Source of the DNA: Halarcobacter sp. | GTDB taxonomy: Bacteria > Campylobacterota > Campylobacteria > Campylobacterales > Arcobacteraceae | Direction: 5' to 3' | DNA length: 64,000 nt | Assembly: GCA_048571215.1 (NCBI GenBank) | Contig: CP182352.1 | Location: 1,984,001 to 2,048,000 of the forward strand | Shown: piece by piece, positions 41,488 through 52,259 of the stretch | Layout of the letters: each line of letters opens with the position of its first letter | Numbering within the stretch: position 1 is the stretch's first letter | Position numbers and translations under genes: made by a program | Notes under the pieces: generated by a model | What the model was told of the DNA's origin: nothing | Seen by the model: the letters and a program-made list of their open reading frames with translations, nothing else | The model's database searches: none

Positions 41488-41934
41488 TTATCCTTTAATT
41501 CTTGCTAATGCTTCAACTGTAGCTTGTACAAGGTTATTTGGATTGTTTGAACCTAAAGATTTTGCAATAATATCTTTAACACCAGAAAGTTCAAGTACTG
41601 GTCTAGCTGCACCACCTGCAATTAGCCCTGTACCTTCAGATGCTGGTTTAAGTAAAATTTTACTTGAATTATACTTATGTTCAATATCATGACAAATTGT
41701 AGTACCATTAATATTAACTTTTACTAAAGACTTAAATGCATCATCTAAAGCTTTTTTAATTGCATCAGGAACCTCTTTTGCTTTTCCTGTACCAAATCCA
41801 ACTGTACCGTTTTTATCTCCAACAACAACTAATGCTGTAAATCTGAATCTTCGTCCACCTTTTACAACTTTTGTTACTCTTCCGATTTTAACGATTGCTT
41901 CTTGAAAATCTTCTCTATTTACTGCTGCCATCAT
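41488..41934 (-). CDS. rpsE: 30S ribosomal protein S5
   Basis: [18 protein letters not shown]. Confidence 0.97.
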   Translation of the reverse strand: MMAAVNREDFQEAIVKIGRVTKVVKGGRRFRFTALVVVGDKNGTVGFGTGKAKEVPDAIKKALDDAFKSLVKVNINGTTICHDIEHKYNSSKILLKPASEGTGLIAGGAARPVLELSGVKDIIAKSLGSNNPNNLVQATVEALARIKG

Positions 41935-41940
41935 TAACCC

Positions 41941-42300
41941 TTATAATTTGATACCGTTATCTCTTAATGCATCAGCAAAACTTGCTACTACACCATGATA
42001 AAGATAACCATTTCTATCATAAACTACTGTTTCGATTCCAGCAGCTTTCAATTTTTCTGCAAACTCTGCAGCTACTTTAACTGCATTTTCTTTACTTACA
42101 TTTAATCCTAGTGCTTTAGAGTTTATCGCTGCTAAAGTTACACCAGCAACATCATCTATTGCTTGTGCGCTTAAATATTTGTTTGATTTAAAAACAGATA
42201 CTCTAGGTGTTTGTGCAGTACCTTTAATACTTCCTCTAACTCTTCTTTTTCTGATTGCTCTTAAAGAGTTCTTTTTTGCTATATCTTTTGCTCTACTCAT
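41941..42300 (-). CDS. rplR: 50S ribosomal protein L18
   Basis: DRNGYLYHG motif, operon position. Confidence 0.97.
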   Translation of the reverse strand: MSRAKDIAKKNSLRAIRKRRVRGSIKGTAQTPRVSVFKSNKYLSAQAIDDVAGVTLAAINSKALGLNVSKENAVKVAAEFAEKLKAAGIETVVYDRNGYLYHGVVASFADALRDNGIKL

Positions 42301-42310
42301 TTTTCACACC

Positions 42311-42847
42311 TTACTTCTTAGCAGTTTTTCCGGCTTTTCTAACGATATGCTCGTCAGTATATTTAACACCTTTACCTTTGTATGGTTCTGGTTTTCTAAA
42401 GCCTCTGATAATTGCTGCAGCTTGACCAACTTGTTGTTTGTCAGCACCTTTTACGTGAACAATGTTTTTTTCTACTGTAACTTCTAAACCTTCTGGGATA
42501 TCGTAGTTAATAGGGTGAGAATAACCTAATTGTAATTCTAATACTTTTCCTTTAACTGCTGCTCTATAACCAACACCATTGATCTCTAAAGATTTTGAAA
42601 AACCTTCATTTAAACCAACAACTGCATTGTTAATTAAAGCTCTATAAGTTCCCCAGAATGCTGATGATTCTTTATCTTCACCAACTCTATCTAAAACTAC
42701 ACTTGAATCTTCAACTTTAACTCCAACTCTTCCGTGTGTTTCAACAGGGATAGCTTTGTTACCTTTTTTTACTGTAACTACTGTTCCGTCAACTGCTACT
42801 TCAACTCCACTTGGGATTGCGATAGGTTTTTTTCCAATTCTAGACAT
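42311..42847 (-). CDS. rplF: 50S ribosomal protein L6
   Basis: [16 protein letters not shown]. Confidence 0.98.
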   Translation of the reverse strand: MSRIGKKPIAIPSGVEVAVDGTVVTVKKGNKAIPVETHGRVGVKVEDSSVVLDRVGEDKESSAFWGTYRALINNAVVGLNEGFSKSLEINGVGYRAAVKGKVLELQLGYSHPINYDIPEGLEVTVEKNIVHVKGADKQQVGQAAAIIRGFRKPEPYKGKGVKYTDEHIVRKAGKTAKK

Positions 42848-42856
42848 TACACTCTC

Positions 42857-43255
42857 CTACCATACAGTACATAGTACTTCGCCACCAACATTTGCAGCGA
42901 CTGCTTCATCATTAGAGATTACACCCTTATTTGTTGAAACGATAATTGTACCATATCCATTTTTAAAACTTTTGATTTCAGAAGCACCTTTATAAACTCT
43001 TCTTCCTGGAGTAGAAACTCTTTTGATTTCGTTTATAACTGACTTATCATTGTCATCATATTTTAAAGTAACTTGAACTGAGTTTTTATTATTCTCACCT
43101 TCAACTACTTTATATCCTTCAATGTATTCTTTTTTAAGTAATACTTCTAAAATTCCTACAACTGCATTAGAATGTAATAATGTTGCAACTTCAAGTTTTC
43201 TCATTGCAGCATTTCTAATTCTGGTTAAAGCATCTGCGATTATATCATTCATCAT
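42857..43255 (-). CDS. rpsH: 30S ribosomal protein S8
   Basis: [19 protein letters not shown]. Confidence 0.98.
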   Translation of the reverse strand: MMNDIIADALTRIRNAAMRKLEVATLLHSNAVVGILEVLLKKEYIEGYKVVEGENNKNSVQVTLKYDDNDKSVINEIKRVSTPGRRVYKGASEIKSFKNGYGTIIVSTNKGVISNDEAVAANVGGEVLCTVW

Positions 43256-43268
43256 AGCTTTTATTCTC

Positions 43269-43454
43269 CTACCAACTAGATTTTTTAACGCCAGGAAGTA
43301 ATCCCTCGTTAGCCATTTTTCTTAAACACACTCTACAAAGACCAAAGTCTCTATATACTGAGTGTGGTCTACCACAAACTGAACATCTAGTATAAGCTCT
43401 TACTTTATACTTAGGTGTTCTTTTTTGTTTAGCGATCATTGATTTCTTTGCCAT
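43269..43454 (-). CDS. rpsN: 30S ribosomal protein S14 (zinc-binding type Z)
   Basis: 61 aa, RCSVCGR...LCRVC. Confidence 0.97.
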   Translation of the reverse strand: MAKKSMIAKQKRTPKYKVRAYTRCSVCGRPHSVYRDFGLCRVCLRKMANEGLLPGVKKSSW

Positions 43455-44002
43455 TACGCTCTTCCTTTAGTAAATGGAATTCCTACATGCTCTAATAATC
43501 TGTATGCTTCTGCATCGTTAGTAGCTGAAGTAGAAATTGAAATATTCATACCATGGGTTTTAATGATGTTATCATATACAACTTCTGGGAACATTAATTG
43601 CTCATTTAGACCAAAGTTAAAGTTTCCTCTTCCATCAAAACCATTTCTATTAAGACCTCTAAAGTCTTTTACTCTTGGTAAAGCAACTGAACAAAGTTTA
43701 TCAAGAAATGTATACATTCTTTCACCTCTTAGAGTTACTTTAACTCCTACTGGTGAACCCTCTCTTACTTTAAATCCTGCAACAGATTTTTTAGCAATAA
43801 CTTGAACTGCATTTTGACCTGCAATTAAAGAGATAGTATCTTGAATGCTTTGCATTAATTTACTATCTTTCATAGCTTCACCAGCTCCAACAGAGATAAC
43901 AACTTTTTCTAACTTAGCTGTTAACATTTTGTTTTTTGGAAACTCAGCTTCTAAAGCAGGTTTGATCTCTGCATTATATCTTTCAAATAATCTTGATGCC
44001 AT
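43454..44002 (-). CDS. rplE: 50S ribosomal protein L5
   Basis: [15 protein letters not shown]; start moved to ATG 44002. Confidence 0.97.
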   Translation of the reverse strand: MASRLFERYNAEIKPALEAEFPKNKMLTAKLEKVVISVGAGEAMKDSKLMQSIQDTISLIAGQNAVQVIAKKSVAGFKVREGSPVGVKVTLRGERMYTFLDKLCSVALPRVKDFRGLNRNGFDGRGNFNFGLNEQLMFPEVVYDNIIKTHGMNISISTSATNDAEAYRLLEHVGIPFTKGRA

Positions 44003-44003
44003 C

Positions 44004-44243
44004 TTACTCACCTTCTACTTTTGCTACATTAGAGATGTTAATAGGCATCTCTTTGTTTACAAAACCACCTTCTGGGTTTTTCTCTTGGTCAGGTTTAACT
44101 GTTTTTTTAGCTACTTTACAATCTTTTACAATTACTTGCATAGTTGCAGGAAGTACTCGTAAAACTTCACCAGTTTTACCTTTGTCATCACCAGCAATAA
44201 TTTTTACAGTATCACCTTTTTTAATTTTTAACTTAACAGCCAT
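44004..44243 (-). CDS. rplX: 50S ribosomal protein L24
   Basis: IKKGDTV.IIAG.DKGK KOW motif; start moved to ATG 44243. Confidence 0.96.
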   Translation of the reverse strand: MAVKLKIKKGDTVKIIAGDDKGKTGEVLRVLPATMQVIVKDCKVAKKTVKPDQEKNPEGGFVNKEMPINISNVAKVEGE

Positions 44244-44244
44244 C

Positions 44245-44613
44245 TTATAATACCTCCGGAGCAAGTGAAACAATTTTCATAAAACCTGAGTATCTAACTT
44301 CTCTAGCTACAGGTCCAAAAATTCTTGTTCCAATTGGTTCTTTTTTAGCATCAAGTATAACAGCTGCATTGTCATCAAATCTAATTAATGAACCATTTTC
44401 TCTTTGAACTTCTTTATGAGTTCTAACTACAACAGCTTTTACAACTTGACCTTTTTTAACTTTACCAGTTGGTAAAGCTTTTTTAACTGAAGCAACAATA
44501 ACATCACCAACAGTTGCATATCTTCTTTTAGAACCACCTAAAACTTTAATACACATGATCTCTTTTGCACCAGTGTTATCAGCTACATTTAATCTAGTAA
44601 AACTTTGAATCAT
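44245..44613 (-). CDS. rplN: 50S ribosomal protein L14
   Basis: MIQ...[16 protein letters not shown]. Confidence 0.98.
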   Translation of the reverse strand: MIQSFTRLNVADNTGAKEIMCIKVLGGSKRRYATVGDVIVASVKKALPTGKVKKGQVVKAVVVRTHKEVQRENGSLIRFDDNAAVILDAKKEPIGTRIFGPVAREVRYSGFMKIVSLAPEVL

Positions 44614-44867
44614 TATTTAACTCCTGTAGCTACTATTTTCTTCAATCTAAAAGATTTTGTTTTTGATAAAGGTCTACATTCAACTGCAATTACAGTGTCA
44701 CCTTCATTTAATTCGTTTCTTTCATCATGAACTAAGTATTTTTTAAATCTCTTAACAGTCTTGTGATATTTTGGGTGTAAAACGTATCTTGTAACTACAA
44801 CAGATGCTGTTTTATCACCAGCTTTTTTTACCACTACACCTTGAATCTCTCTCTTATGCGTATTCAT
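44613..44867 (-). CDS. rpsQ: 30S ribosomal protein S17
   Basis: [14 protein letters not shown]. Confidence 0.97.
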   Translation of the reverse strand: MNTHKREIQGVVVKKAGDKTASVVVTRYVLHPKYHKTVKRFKKYLVHDERNELNEGDTVIAVECRPLSKTKSFRLKKIVATGVK

Positions 44868-44878
44868 ACCATAGACCC

Positions 44879-45070
44879 TTAGTTAGCTTTTGCAGCAGTT
44901 ATAGCTGTTTGAATTTGAGCGATATCTTTTTTACAAGCGCTTAATTCAGATGTATTAGTTAACTGCATAGTTTTTAGCTTAGCTTTTAATTCAAAAAGAA
45001 GCACCTTTTTCTCTTTTAATAACCCGTTTAGCTCTTCTAAACTTTTTTCTTTTAAATCAGAATAAATCAT
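44879..45070 (-). CDS. rpmC: 50S ribosomal protein L29
   Basis: Size, position, KKDIA.I.T motif; ATG 45070. Confidence 0.93.
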   Translation of the reverse strand: MIYSDLKEKSLEELNGLLKEKKVLLFELKAKLKTMQLTNTSELSACKKDIAQIQTAITAAKAN

Positions 45071-45482
45071 TTTCACTATCTCTTGTTACAATTTTAGTTT
45101 TAAATGGTAATTTGTGTTGAGCTAAAGTTAAAGCTTCTCTAGCTAGGTCTTCAGAAACACCAGCCATCTCAAAACAAATTCTTCCAGGTTTAATATTCAT
45201 TACCCATTTATCAATAGGACCTTTACCTTTACCCATTCTTACTTCAAGAGGTCTTTTAGTTAAAGGCTTATGAGGGAATACCATGATCCAAACTTTACCT
45301 TGTCTTTTAATAGCTCTTGTCATAGCAATCCTAGCAGCTTCGATTTGTCTTGAATCGATTCTACCATGCTCAACTGCTTTTATACCAATATCTCCATAAG
45401 CTAATGTGTTGGCTCTTGTAGATTTTCCTCTATTTCTACCCTTCATTTGCTTTCTGTATTTAGTTCTTTTAGGCATTAACAT
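45057..45482 (-). CDS. rplP: 50S ribosomal protein L16
   Basis: [18 protein letters not shown]. Confidence 0.98.
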   Translation of the reverse strand: MLMPKRTKYRKQMKGRNRGKSTRANTLAYGDIGIKAVEHGRIDSRQIEAARIAMTRAIKRQGKVWIMVFPHKPLTKRPLEVRMGKGKGPIDKWVMNIKPGRICFEMAGVSEDLAREALTLAQHKLPFKTKIVTRDSENDLF

Positions 45483-45484
45483 GA

Positions 45485-46183
45485 TTATTTACCTCTTTTC
45501 TTTGTTGGTCTTCTCTTTGGTTTAGAAGCTTCTGGTTTTTCATGAGGGATACCTTTTGCAAGTACTTCACCTTTGAAAATCCAAACTTTAATACCAATAC
45601 AACCATAAGTTGTATGAGCTTCAGCAAATCCATAATCAATTCTAGCTCTTAGTGTATGTAAAGGAACTCTTCCCTCTAAGTACCACTCAGTTCTTGCCAT
45701 TTCAGCTCCACCAAGTCTACCAGAAACAGATACTTTAATACCCTTAGCACCAGATTTAAGAGCGTTTTGCATAACTCTTTTCATAGCTCTTCTGAATGCA
45801 ACTCTTCTTTCAAGTTGTTGTGCAACGTTTTCAGCAGATAATTGTCCAGAAAGTTGAGGCTTTCTCTCTTCTTTAATATTAACTGCAATCTCTTTACCAA
45901 CTAAAGCAGTAAGATTGTTTTTTAGTTTTTCAACGTCAGCACCTTTTTTACCGATAATAATACCAGGTCTAGCAGCTACAATAGTAACTCTAACTTTTTT
46001 AGCAGTTCTTTCAACAATAGTTTGTGCAACACCTGCATAATATAACTCTTTTTTAACAAATTTTCTAATTTTGTCATCTTCAGCTATGTTTGCTGGCATA
46101 TTAGCAATTTTAGGAAACCATCTTGATTCCCAGTTTCTGTTGATACCTAGTCTTAAACCTATTGGATTAACTTTTTGACCCAT
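45485..46183 (-). CDS. rpsC: 30S ribosomal protein S3
   Basis: [23 protein letters not shown]. Confidence 0.98.
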   Translation of the reverse strand: MGQKVNPIGLRLGINRNWESRWFPKIANMPANIAEDDKIRKFVKKELYYAGVAQTIVERTAKKVRVTIVAARPGIIIGKKGADVEKLKNNLTALVGKEIAVNIKEERKPQLSGQLSAENVAQQLERRVAFRRAMKRVMQNALKSGAKGIKVSVSGRLGGAEMARTEWYLEGRVPLHTLRARIDYGFAEAHTTYGCIGIKVWIFKGEVLAKGIPHEKPEASKPKRRPTKKRGK

Positions 46184-46515
46184 TACTTATCTCCTTTAGA
46201 TGCAGCAGCAACTTCAATCATAATATGTGCAGTTGGTTTGTGTTTTGGTGATGCACTACCTCTTGCTCTAGGAGTGAATCTTTTAAGAACAGGACCTTTG
46301 TCTACTCTTGCACTTGTAATAACTGCATCTTCTGGCTCTAAACCTGCATTTGCAACAGCTGAAGCGATTACTTTTGAAATAATTCCAGCAGCTTTATTTG
46401 GAGTGAATTCTAATGATGCAATAGCATACTCAGCATTCATACCTTGAACTTCTCTTGCAATAAGTCTTGCTTTTGTAGGTGAAAGTCTAATAAATTTTAA
46501 TATTGCTTTACTCAT
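46183..46515 (-). CDS. rplV: 50S ribosomal protein L22
   Basis: SPTKARL, PRARG. Confidence 0.97.
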   Translation of the reverse strand: MSKAILKFIRLSPTKARLIAREVQGMNAEYAIASLEFTPNKAAGIISKVIASAVANAGLEPEDAVITSARVDKGPVLKRFTPRARGSASPKHKPTAHIMIEVAAASKGDK

Positions 46516-46517
46516 TA

Positions 46518-46793
46518 TTATACCTTTCTTTGCACAGAACCTTTGTGCCCTTTAAAAGTTCTAGTTGGAGCGAATTCACCAAGTTTATATCCAACATGAT
46601 TTTCTGTAATATTTACAGGTACAAAATTTCTACCATTGTGCACATTAAAAGTTAAACCAATCATATCAGGTAATACCATTGATCTTCTTGACCAAGTTTT
46701 AATTGGTTTTTTATCGTTAGCTTCATTAGCTTTAATAACTTTTTTAATTAAGTGTGCGTCTACAAATGGACCTTTTTTTATTGATCTTGCCAT
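46518..46793 (-). CDS. rpsS: 30S ribosomal protein S19
   Basis: [19 protein letters not shown]. Confidence 0.98.
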   Translation of the reverse strand: MARSIKKGPFVDAHLIKKVIKANEANDKKPIKTWSRRSMVLPDMIGLTFNVHNGRNFVPVNITENHVGYKLGEFAPTRTFKGHKGSVQRKV

Positions 46794-46802
46794 CTTAAAC
46801 CC

Positions 46803-47630
46803 TTACTTCTTTCTTCTTGAAATGATTAATTTATCACTAGCTTTTTTCTTTCTAGTTTTATAACCTTTAGTTGGCATACCCCAAGGAGTAACTGGATGTC
46901 TTCCTGAGTTAGTTTTACCTTCACCACCACCGTGTGGGTGATCGATTGGGTTCATTGCACTACCTCTTGTTTGTGGTCTAATACCAAGGTGTCTAGTTCT
47001 ACCAGCTTTACCTACTACCATGTTTGAGAAATCTTCGTTTCCAACAACACCAATTGTTGCAATACAAACACCAAGAATTTTTCTCATCTCACCAGATGGT
47101 AATCTTAAGATTACATATTTATCTTCTCTACCCATAATTTGAGCATAACCACCAGCAGCTCTTGCAATCTGTCCACCTTTACCTGGTTTAAGTTCAATAT
47201 TGTGAACCATAGTACCAACAGGGATAGATTGTAATCTCATTGCATTACCTGGTAAAATATCAAGTCCTGATTCAGCAGCTTGAACTTTTGCTCCAACTTT
47301 TAATCCAGAAGGTTGAATAATATATCTTTTATCTCCATCTAAATATGTAACTAAACAGATTCTACAGTTTCTGTATGGGTCATATTCAATTGTAGAAATA
47401 GTACCTTCTACACCAAATTTATCTCTTTTGAAATCAATAATTCTATATAATTTTTTAGCACCTGCTTCTTTGTGTCTTGAAGTAATTCTACCGTTATTAT
47501 TTCTACCAGCTGATGCTTTTACTCTTGTAAGTAAAGATTTAACAGTTGGTTTAGAAGTAATATCAGAAGTATCCATAACAGACATAAATCTTCTTGCAGG
47601 AGTTATTGGTCTAAATTTTTTAATTGCCAT
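46803..47630 (-). CDS. rplB: 50S ribosomal protein L2
   Basis: [22 protein letters not shown]. Confidence 0.98.
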   Translation of the reverse strand: MAIKKFRPITPARRFMSVMDTSDITSKPTVKSLLTRVKASAGRNNNGRITSRHKEAGAKKLYRIIDFKRDKFGVEGTISTIEYDPYRNCRICLVTYLDGDKRYIIQPSGLKVGAKVQAAESGLDILPGNAMRLQSIPVGTMVHNIELKPGKGGQIARAAGGYAQIMGREDKYVILRLPSGEMRKILGVCIATIGVVGNEDFSNMVVGKAGRTRHLGIRPQTRGSAMNPIDHPHGGGEGKTNSGRHPVTPWGMPTKGYKTRKKKASDKLIISRRKK

Positions 47631-47641
47631 CTATAATCTCC

Positions 47642-47923
47642 TTAAGCTGAAAGGTTCGCTATTTCAGCGCCCTCAGGTAATGTAACATAGAATTTTTTGA
47701 AGTCAGCTCTTTTACCTGGTCTTCCTCTAAATCTTTTAACTTTACCATTTTGTCTTAAAGAGTTGATTTTTGATGGAGTTACTCCAAAATACTCTTTAAA
47801 TACTTCTTTTAAACCGTTTTTAGTCATTTTAGGACTAGTTTGAACAACGATTACACCATTTTCTTGAAGCTCGATTGTTTTTTCTGTATATAATATTGCT
47901 TTAATATCTGTAATATCTGCCAT
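47642..47923 (-). CDS. rplW: 50S ribosomal protein L23
   Basis: [18 protein letters not shown]. Confidence 0.96.
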   Translation of the reverse strand: MADITDIKAILYTEKTIELQENGVIVVQTSPKMTKNGLKEVFKEYFGVTPSKINSLRQNGKVKRFRGRPGKRADFKKFYVTLPEGAEIANLSA

Positions 47924-47924
47924 C

Positions 47925-48515
47925 TTACGCCTCTTTTGTCAATGAATCAAGTACTTCTTTTTCAACAAGTACTGAATGATATGCAGAAATAATGTATGCA
48001 TTAATTTCTTGCTTCTCAATCATATAACAATTTTTAATGTTTCTAAATGCTAAATAAGTTTTCTCATCAATTGAGTTAACAATAACAAGTGTATCTCTTT
48101 GATTTAATTCATTAATAATTGATACCGCATCTTTAGTTTTTCCAGATTCAACTGAAATTGAATCAGCTACAAATAAAGAACCTTTATCAGCATGTGCGTT
48201 AATAGCATATTGTAATGCTAAAACTTTTTGCTTTTTATTGATTTTTTGATTGTAGTTTCTTTTTGTAGGTCCAAAAATTTGACCCCCACCAACGAATAGT
48301 GGTGATCTTTTAGAACCCCATCTAGCTGCACCTGAACCTTTTTGAGCTTTAGGTTTTTTACCACCACCTCTTACATCAGTTCTGTTTTTTACTCTAGCAG
48401 TATTTGCTCTTTGCGCTGCTAAGTAAGATTTAACATATAGATATAAGTTATGAGAATTTATATCTTTGAAAGATTCTGGTAACTCATTTGTCTTTACTAC
48501 TACTGCATTACTCAT
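47925..48515 (-). CDS. rplD: 50S ribosomal protein L4
   Basis: [19 protein letters not shown]. Confidence 0.97.
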   Translation of the reverse strand: MSNAVVVKTNELPESFKDINSHNLYLYVKSYLAAQRANTARVKNRTDVRGGGKKPKAQKGSGAARWGSKRSPLFVGGGQIFGPTKRNYNQKINKKQKVLALQYAINAHADKGSLFVADSISVESGKTKDAVSIINELNQRDTLVIVNSIDEKTYLAFRNIKNCYMIEKQEINAYIISAYHSVLVEKEVLDSLTKEA

Positions 48516-49087
48516 TTAGCAATCCTTACTTTTCCTAATCCACCATTAGGTCCTGAAACTGAACCTTTAACAACTAATATACCAGTTTCTGAATCAAATG
48601 AAACTACTTCATTTTTAACAGATACATTTGTATTTCCGTATTGTCCTGGCATTTTTTTACCTGGCATAACTCTACCTGGCCATTCACAGTTACCGATAGA
48701 ACCTGTTCTTCTACCCATTCTGTGTCCGTGTGATGCTCTACCACCAGCGAAGTTCCATCTTTTAACTCCACCTTGAAAACCTCTACCTTTAGTTTTAAAA
48801 GTTGTTTTTAAAACTTTAGCTTCAGATAATCCAGCAACATCTAAATCACCAGCTTCACTATTTGCTACAGTAATTGTTGCAAATCTATTAAACTCTTTGC
48901 TTAAACCATATTTTTTTTGTTGACCTTCAATAGCTTTGTTAAATTTCTTACCAGAGCTATATGATACAAGTGCCACACCCTCATTTACGTCACATACTTT
49001 AGTATCAAGAACTTTTAAAAGTGTAACTGGCGTTGCAGGAACTGAAACAGTTCTACTCATACCGATTTTTTCTACGATAAATTCCAT
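48512..49087 (-). CDS. rplC: 50S ribosomal protein L3
   Basis: KIGM, KGRGFQG..KRWNF, GRV.PGKKMPG. Confidence 0.97.
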   Translation of the reverse strand: MEFIVEKIGMSRTVSVPATPVTLLKVLDTKVCDVNEGVALVSYSSGKKFNKAIEGQQKKYGLSKEFNRFATITVANSEAGDLDVAGLSEAKVLKTTFKTKGRGFQGGVKRWNFAGGRASHGHRMGRRTGSIGNCEWPGRVMPGKKMPGQYGNTNVSVKNEVVSFDSETGILVVKGSVSGPNGGLGKVRIAK

Positions 49088-49104
49088 TTATTACCCTTTC
49101 TTTA

Positions 49105-49419
49105 TTATTCTTGACCCATTGATCTAACTTCAACATCAACTTCAGGAGCTAAGTCAAGTTTCATTAACGAATCTACTGTATCAGGAGTTGCTGCAATGAT
49201 ATCTATCATTCTTGTGTGAACTCTGATTTCAAACTGCTCTCTTGCGTCTTTGTTTACGTGAGGACCTTTAAGAACTGTATATTTTCTGATTTTAGTTGGT
49301 AAAGGTATAGGACCTCTCAACTCAGCACCAGTTCTCTTAACAGCTTCAACAATTGAAGCAACACTTCTGTCTAAAACTCTATGATCATAAGCTTTTAGCT
49401 TTAATCTTATTTTTTCCAT
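49105..49419 (-). CDS. rpsJ: 30S ribosomal protein S10
   Basis: [29 protein letters not shown]. Confidence 0.98.
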   Translation of the reverse strand: MEKIRLKLKAYDHRVLDRSVASIVEAVKRTGAELRGPIPLPTKIRKYTVLKGPHVNKDAREQFEIRVHTRMIDIIAATPDTVDSLMKLDLAPEVDVEVRSMGQE

Positions 49420-49486
49420 GTATTTTCCTTTAAAGAACTCGTTAGATGTACCAAAAAAAGCACTCTAACCATTTTTATGGACGCGG

Positions 49487-49515
49487 ATTATAACTTAATT
49501 CAAGTTAAATGTCAA
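49487..49515 (-). promoter_or_regulatory. sigma70 promoter of the S10 operon
   Basis: Minus strand TTGACA (49510-49515), 17-bp spacer, TATAAT (49487-49492), followed by a GC-rich discriminator CCGCGTCC. Confidence 0.85.
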
Positions 49516-49645
49516 GTATTATGGGCTATTAATACAAAAAAGTACTAATTAGTTTCCTTTTTAGAAGGACAATATTTAAATATAATAACTCTTTATAAAT
49601 TTGTCTTTATTTACAAATTTTAAAATTTCTTTACTTTTTTATTCA

Positions 49646-49663
49646 ATGTGACGGAAATGTGAC
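49646..49663 (+). promoter_or_regulatory. 11-bp-period direct repeat ATGTGAC-ggaa-ATGTGAC, putative operator
   Basis: Perfect 7-mer repeat upstream of a TAAAAT -10-like box and gene 49715. Confidence 0.45.
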
Positions 49664-49714
49664 ATTTTTTTACTAAAATTTTTTAAAACTTATTTTGTAA
49701 ATGAAGGATTTTAT

Positions 49715-50062
49715 ATGATGATATATAATTTAATGTCAAAAGTTGAAGAATTTTATGAAAATACTAGATCTCGAAAAGATATAGATGTATCAAAAAATTT
49801 AAGTTGGGGATACTATTTTTCTAGTATTGATAAAGGACCTTTAGAAAGAGTTAAAGAGTTATTGTTAAATGAAAAAGGGTATTCATACGCTGAGATTATT
49901 AAAGAAAGAGAAGACAGTAAATATTATCTTCATATAGAGAAAATTGAAAAACATACAATCAATTCTCTTACACAAAGAGATATTGAACTAAAAAATTATG
50001 CAGAAGAGTTTAATATCGAATCATATGATGGGTTTGACGTAGAAAAGATTGGATTTATCTAA
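49715..50062 (+). CDS. RraB-like (ribonuclease E inhibitor B fold) protein
   Basis: WGYYF, LHIEKIEKH, YDGFD C-terminal motif. Confidence 0.6.
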   Translation: MMIYNLMSKVEEFYENTRSRKDIDVSKNLSWGYYFSSIDKGPLERVKELLLNEKGYSYAEIIKEREDSKYYLHIEKIEKHTINSLTQRDIELKNYAEEFNIESYDGFDVEKIGFI

Positions 50063-50680
50063 TCACATATTTGCATTATGATAAAAGAAATTTCCTAAAC
50101 CTATTGTAAATATCATATTACCATATAAAGCATGCTCTATACACACCAAAGTAAAAGAGCGTGTCTTTAAATATGTACTCATAAATATAAAACCGCCAAT
50201 CAAAGAAAATACTACTGCTATATAGTTACTAAATACAATATGGATAAAACCAAACACTATTGCATTTACTAAAACAAAATATTTTGTAGATAGATTCTCT
50301 TTATATCTAAAAAGAAAAAACTTTCTAAATATTATCTCTTGAGGAACAACTGATAAAAGGGGATATAAAAACATAACTAATATATAAAATAAAAAATTCT
50401 CTTTTACAAATACAAATAACAATTCACTATAAAAGGTTTTTGTAAATAAAAATACCAACATAGATATAAGTATAAATCTTATAAGTATTAATTTCAATTC
50501 ATTTAAATCAAACATTTTAAATGACATTATAGTTTTAGTTTTTAAAAGTATATATATACTATATAAAGCAACTAACCATAATATTGGAATAAGTAATTTC
50601 AATGATATAATTTTAAAAAAAAATAGTAGTGGTAGAATTATAAAAAATGTTAAAAACTCAATATATTTTAGTGTATTCAC
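50063..50680 (-). CDS. CPBP/Abi-family intramembrane protease
   Basis: QEIIFR, FGFIH, EHALYG motifs; multiple TM helices. Confidence 0.85.
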   Translation of the reverse strand: MNTLKYIEFLTFFIILPLLFFFKIISLKLLIPILWLVALYSIYILLKTKTIMSFKMFDLNELKLILIRFILISMLVFLFTKTFYSELLFVFVKENFLFYILVMFLYPLLSVVPQEIIFRKFFLFRYKENLSTKYFVLVNAIVFGFIHIVFSNYIAVVFSLIGGFIFMSTYLKTRSFTLVCIEHALYGNMIFTIGLGNFFYHNANM

Positions 50681-50778
50681 TTAATCCCCTTGTGTAAACA
50701 AGGATTATAAAATATATTAGTGACAATTTAGTTATGGTTTAAAAAACTATTATAAACTATAAAAATGGCTTTTATACT

Positions 50779-52023
50779 TTATTGATAAAAGCCTGAAAAT
50801 AAAAGTATATCATCACTATCTTTATTGTCTAAATCTTTTACTACCATATCTTTTATAATCATCCCAATACTTGGAGCAAAAGTCATACCAAGCCAACCTA
50901 GTCCCATAGCATATATTAGATTTTTATACTCTTCATCTCTTCCAATAAGAGGCATATCATTTGGAGTAAGTGGTCTAAACCCAGTCCACTCTACAATATC
51001 TTTCATTTCAAATGGAATTGTATAATTTGCAAAATTTTCTTTTATACTATCTATTTGCTCTTTTACTATTTGTGTATTTGTTGAACCAATCTCTAATTTT
51101 GAAGTTAGTCTTACACTATCTCTTCTTGGTGTCATTACAATAAAAAGATCATTAAATAGTGTTGATGTTTTTGGTTTTAGTTCATCGGGCATAGTAAAAG
51201 TGATACTATAACCTTTTGCAGGTGTCATCATAAGCTCTTTTTTTCTTAAACTTGCAAGCATAGTTTGATATCCCGTAGCCATTATATAAGTTTGAGCTTC
51301 ATAGATTTTACCTGGAGAAGATATATATTTTATCTCTTTATTTTCTATTCTTATATTATGAATCTTCTCATTTAAAATAAACTCAACTCCATTTTCACTT
51401 AAATATCTTTTTATCTCTAGCATTGCTCTTTTGGGATCAAAGTGAGCATTTTTCTTAAAAAGCATCGCCCCTTTTATTTTTTCAATATCTCCAAAAGGAA
51501 GATACTCTTTAATTTGCTCTTTATTCAATACAGAGAATCTCTCCTCATCTACATAATTATATTTTTTTAATTTCTCTTCATAGGTTTTCTCTTCTGTAAA
51601 TACAGATAACATCCCTTTTTGATGAAAGTCCAAATCTAAACCTTCCTCATCTTGCATATACTTATACATATCGTTTGTAATTTGTCCATACTTTTCAAAA
51701 AGCATAATAGTTCTTTTAAACCGCGTCTCATTTGCACTTGCTGCAAATTTAAAAAGCCATTTATATATATCTAAATCTAAACTTGGATGAAGTTTTACAG
51801 GGGATTCACCTTTTATCATCTGTTTTAAAGTATTTGTAATCACCCCTGGGTAACTTAATGAACCTTTGTCAAATGCAGATAATAATCCAGCATTTCCAAA
51901 AGAGGTTGAGTTTGTAATATCACCCTCATCTATAATAGTAACTTCCCGTCCAGCTTTTACTAAGGAGTAAGCAGTCATTAAACCCACAACTCCACCACCT
52001 ATAATAATTACATCTTTTTTCAT
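50779..52023 (-). CDS. FAD-dependent D-amino acid dehydrogenase family protein
   Basis: IIGGGVVG, TSFGNAG, PAKGYS, WTGFRPLTPNDMPLIG; ATG 52023 with AGGA RBS. Confidence 0.88.
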   Translation of the reverse strand: MKKDVIIIGGGVVGLMTAYSLVKAGREVTIIDEGDITNSTSFGNAGLLSAFDKGSLSYPGVITNTLKQMIKGESPVKLHPSLDLDIYKWLFKFAASANETRFKRTIMLFEKYGQITNDMYKYMQDEEGLDLDFHQKGMLSVFTEEKTYEEKLKKYNYVDEERFSVLNKEQIKEYLPFGDIEKIKGAMLFKKNAHFDPKRAMLEIKRYLSENGVEFILNEKIHNIRIENKEIKYISSPGKIYEAQTYIMATGYQTMLASLRKKELMMTPAKGYSITFTMPDELKPKTSTLFNDLFIVMTPRRDSVRLTSKLEIGSTNTQIVKEQIDSIKENFANYTIPFEMKDIVEWTGFRPLTPNDMPLIGRDEEYKNLIYAMGLGWLGMTFAPSIGMIIKDMVVKDLDNKDSDDILLFSGFYQ

Positions 52024-52259
52024 TGAATTTCCTAATTTTAGCATATCAACTTTACATATTATGATACTAAAAAGAGTATTTAAAATGCAATTTTTATTGT
52101 CTATTTTATATAAAGTTACAAAATAGTTAAGCTATGAAATATGTAACTAAATTATAACTATATGATAATAATAGACTTAGTTTATTAGCAAGTTTTGTAA
52201 TTAAATAGTAATTTTAAAGATATAAAATTTGAAAAATTTATACTAAGGAAATAGAAGAA

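Noticed and set aside
42179..49127. Several plus-strand ORFs within the ribosomal protein cluster
   Set aside because: Antisense shadows caused by codon bias of highly expressed genes
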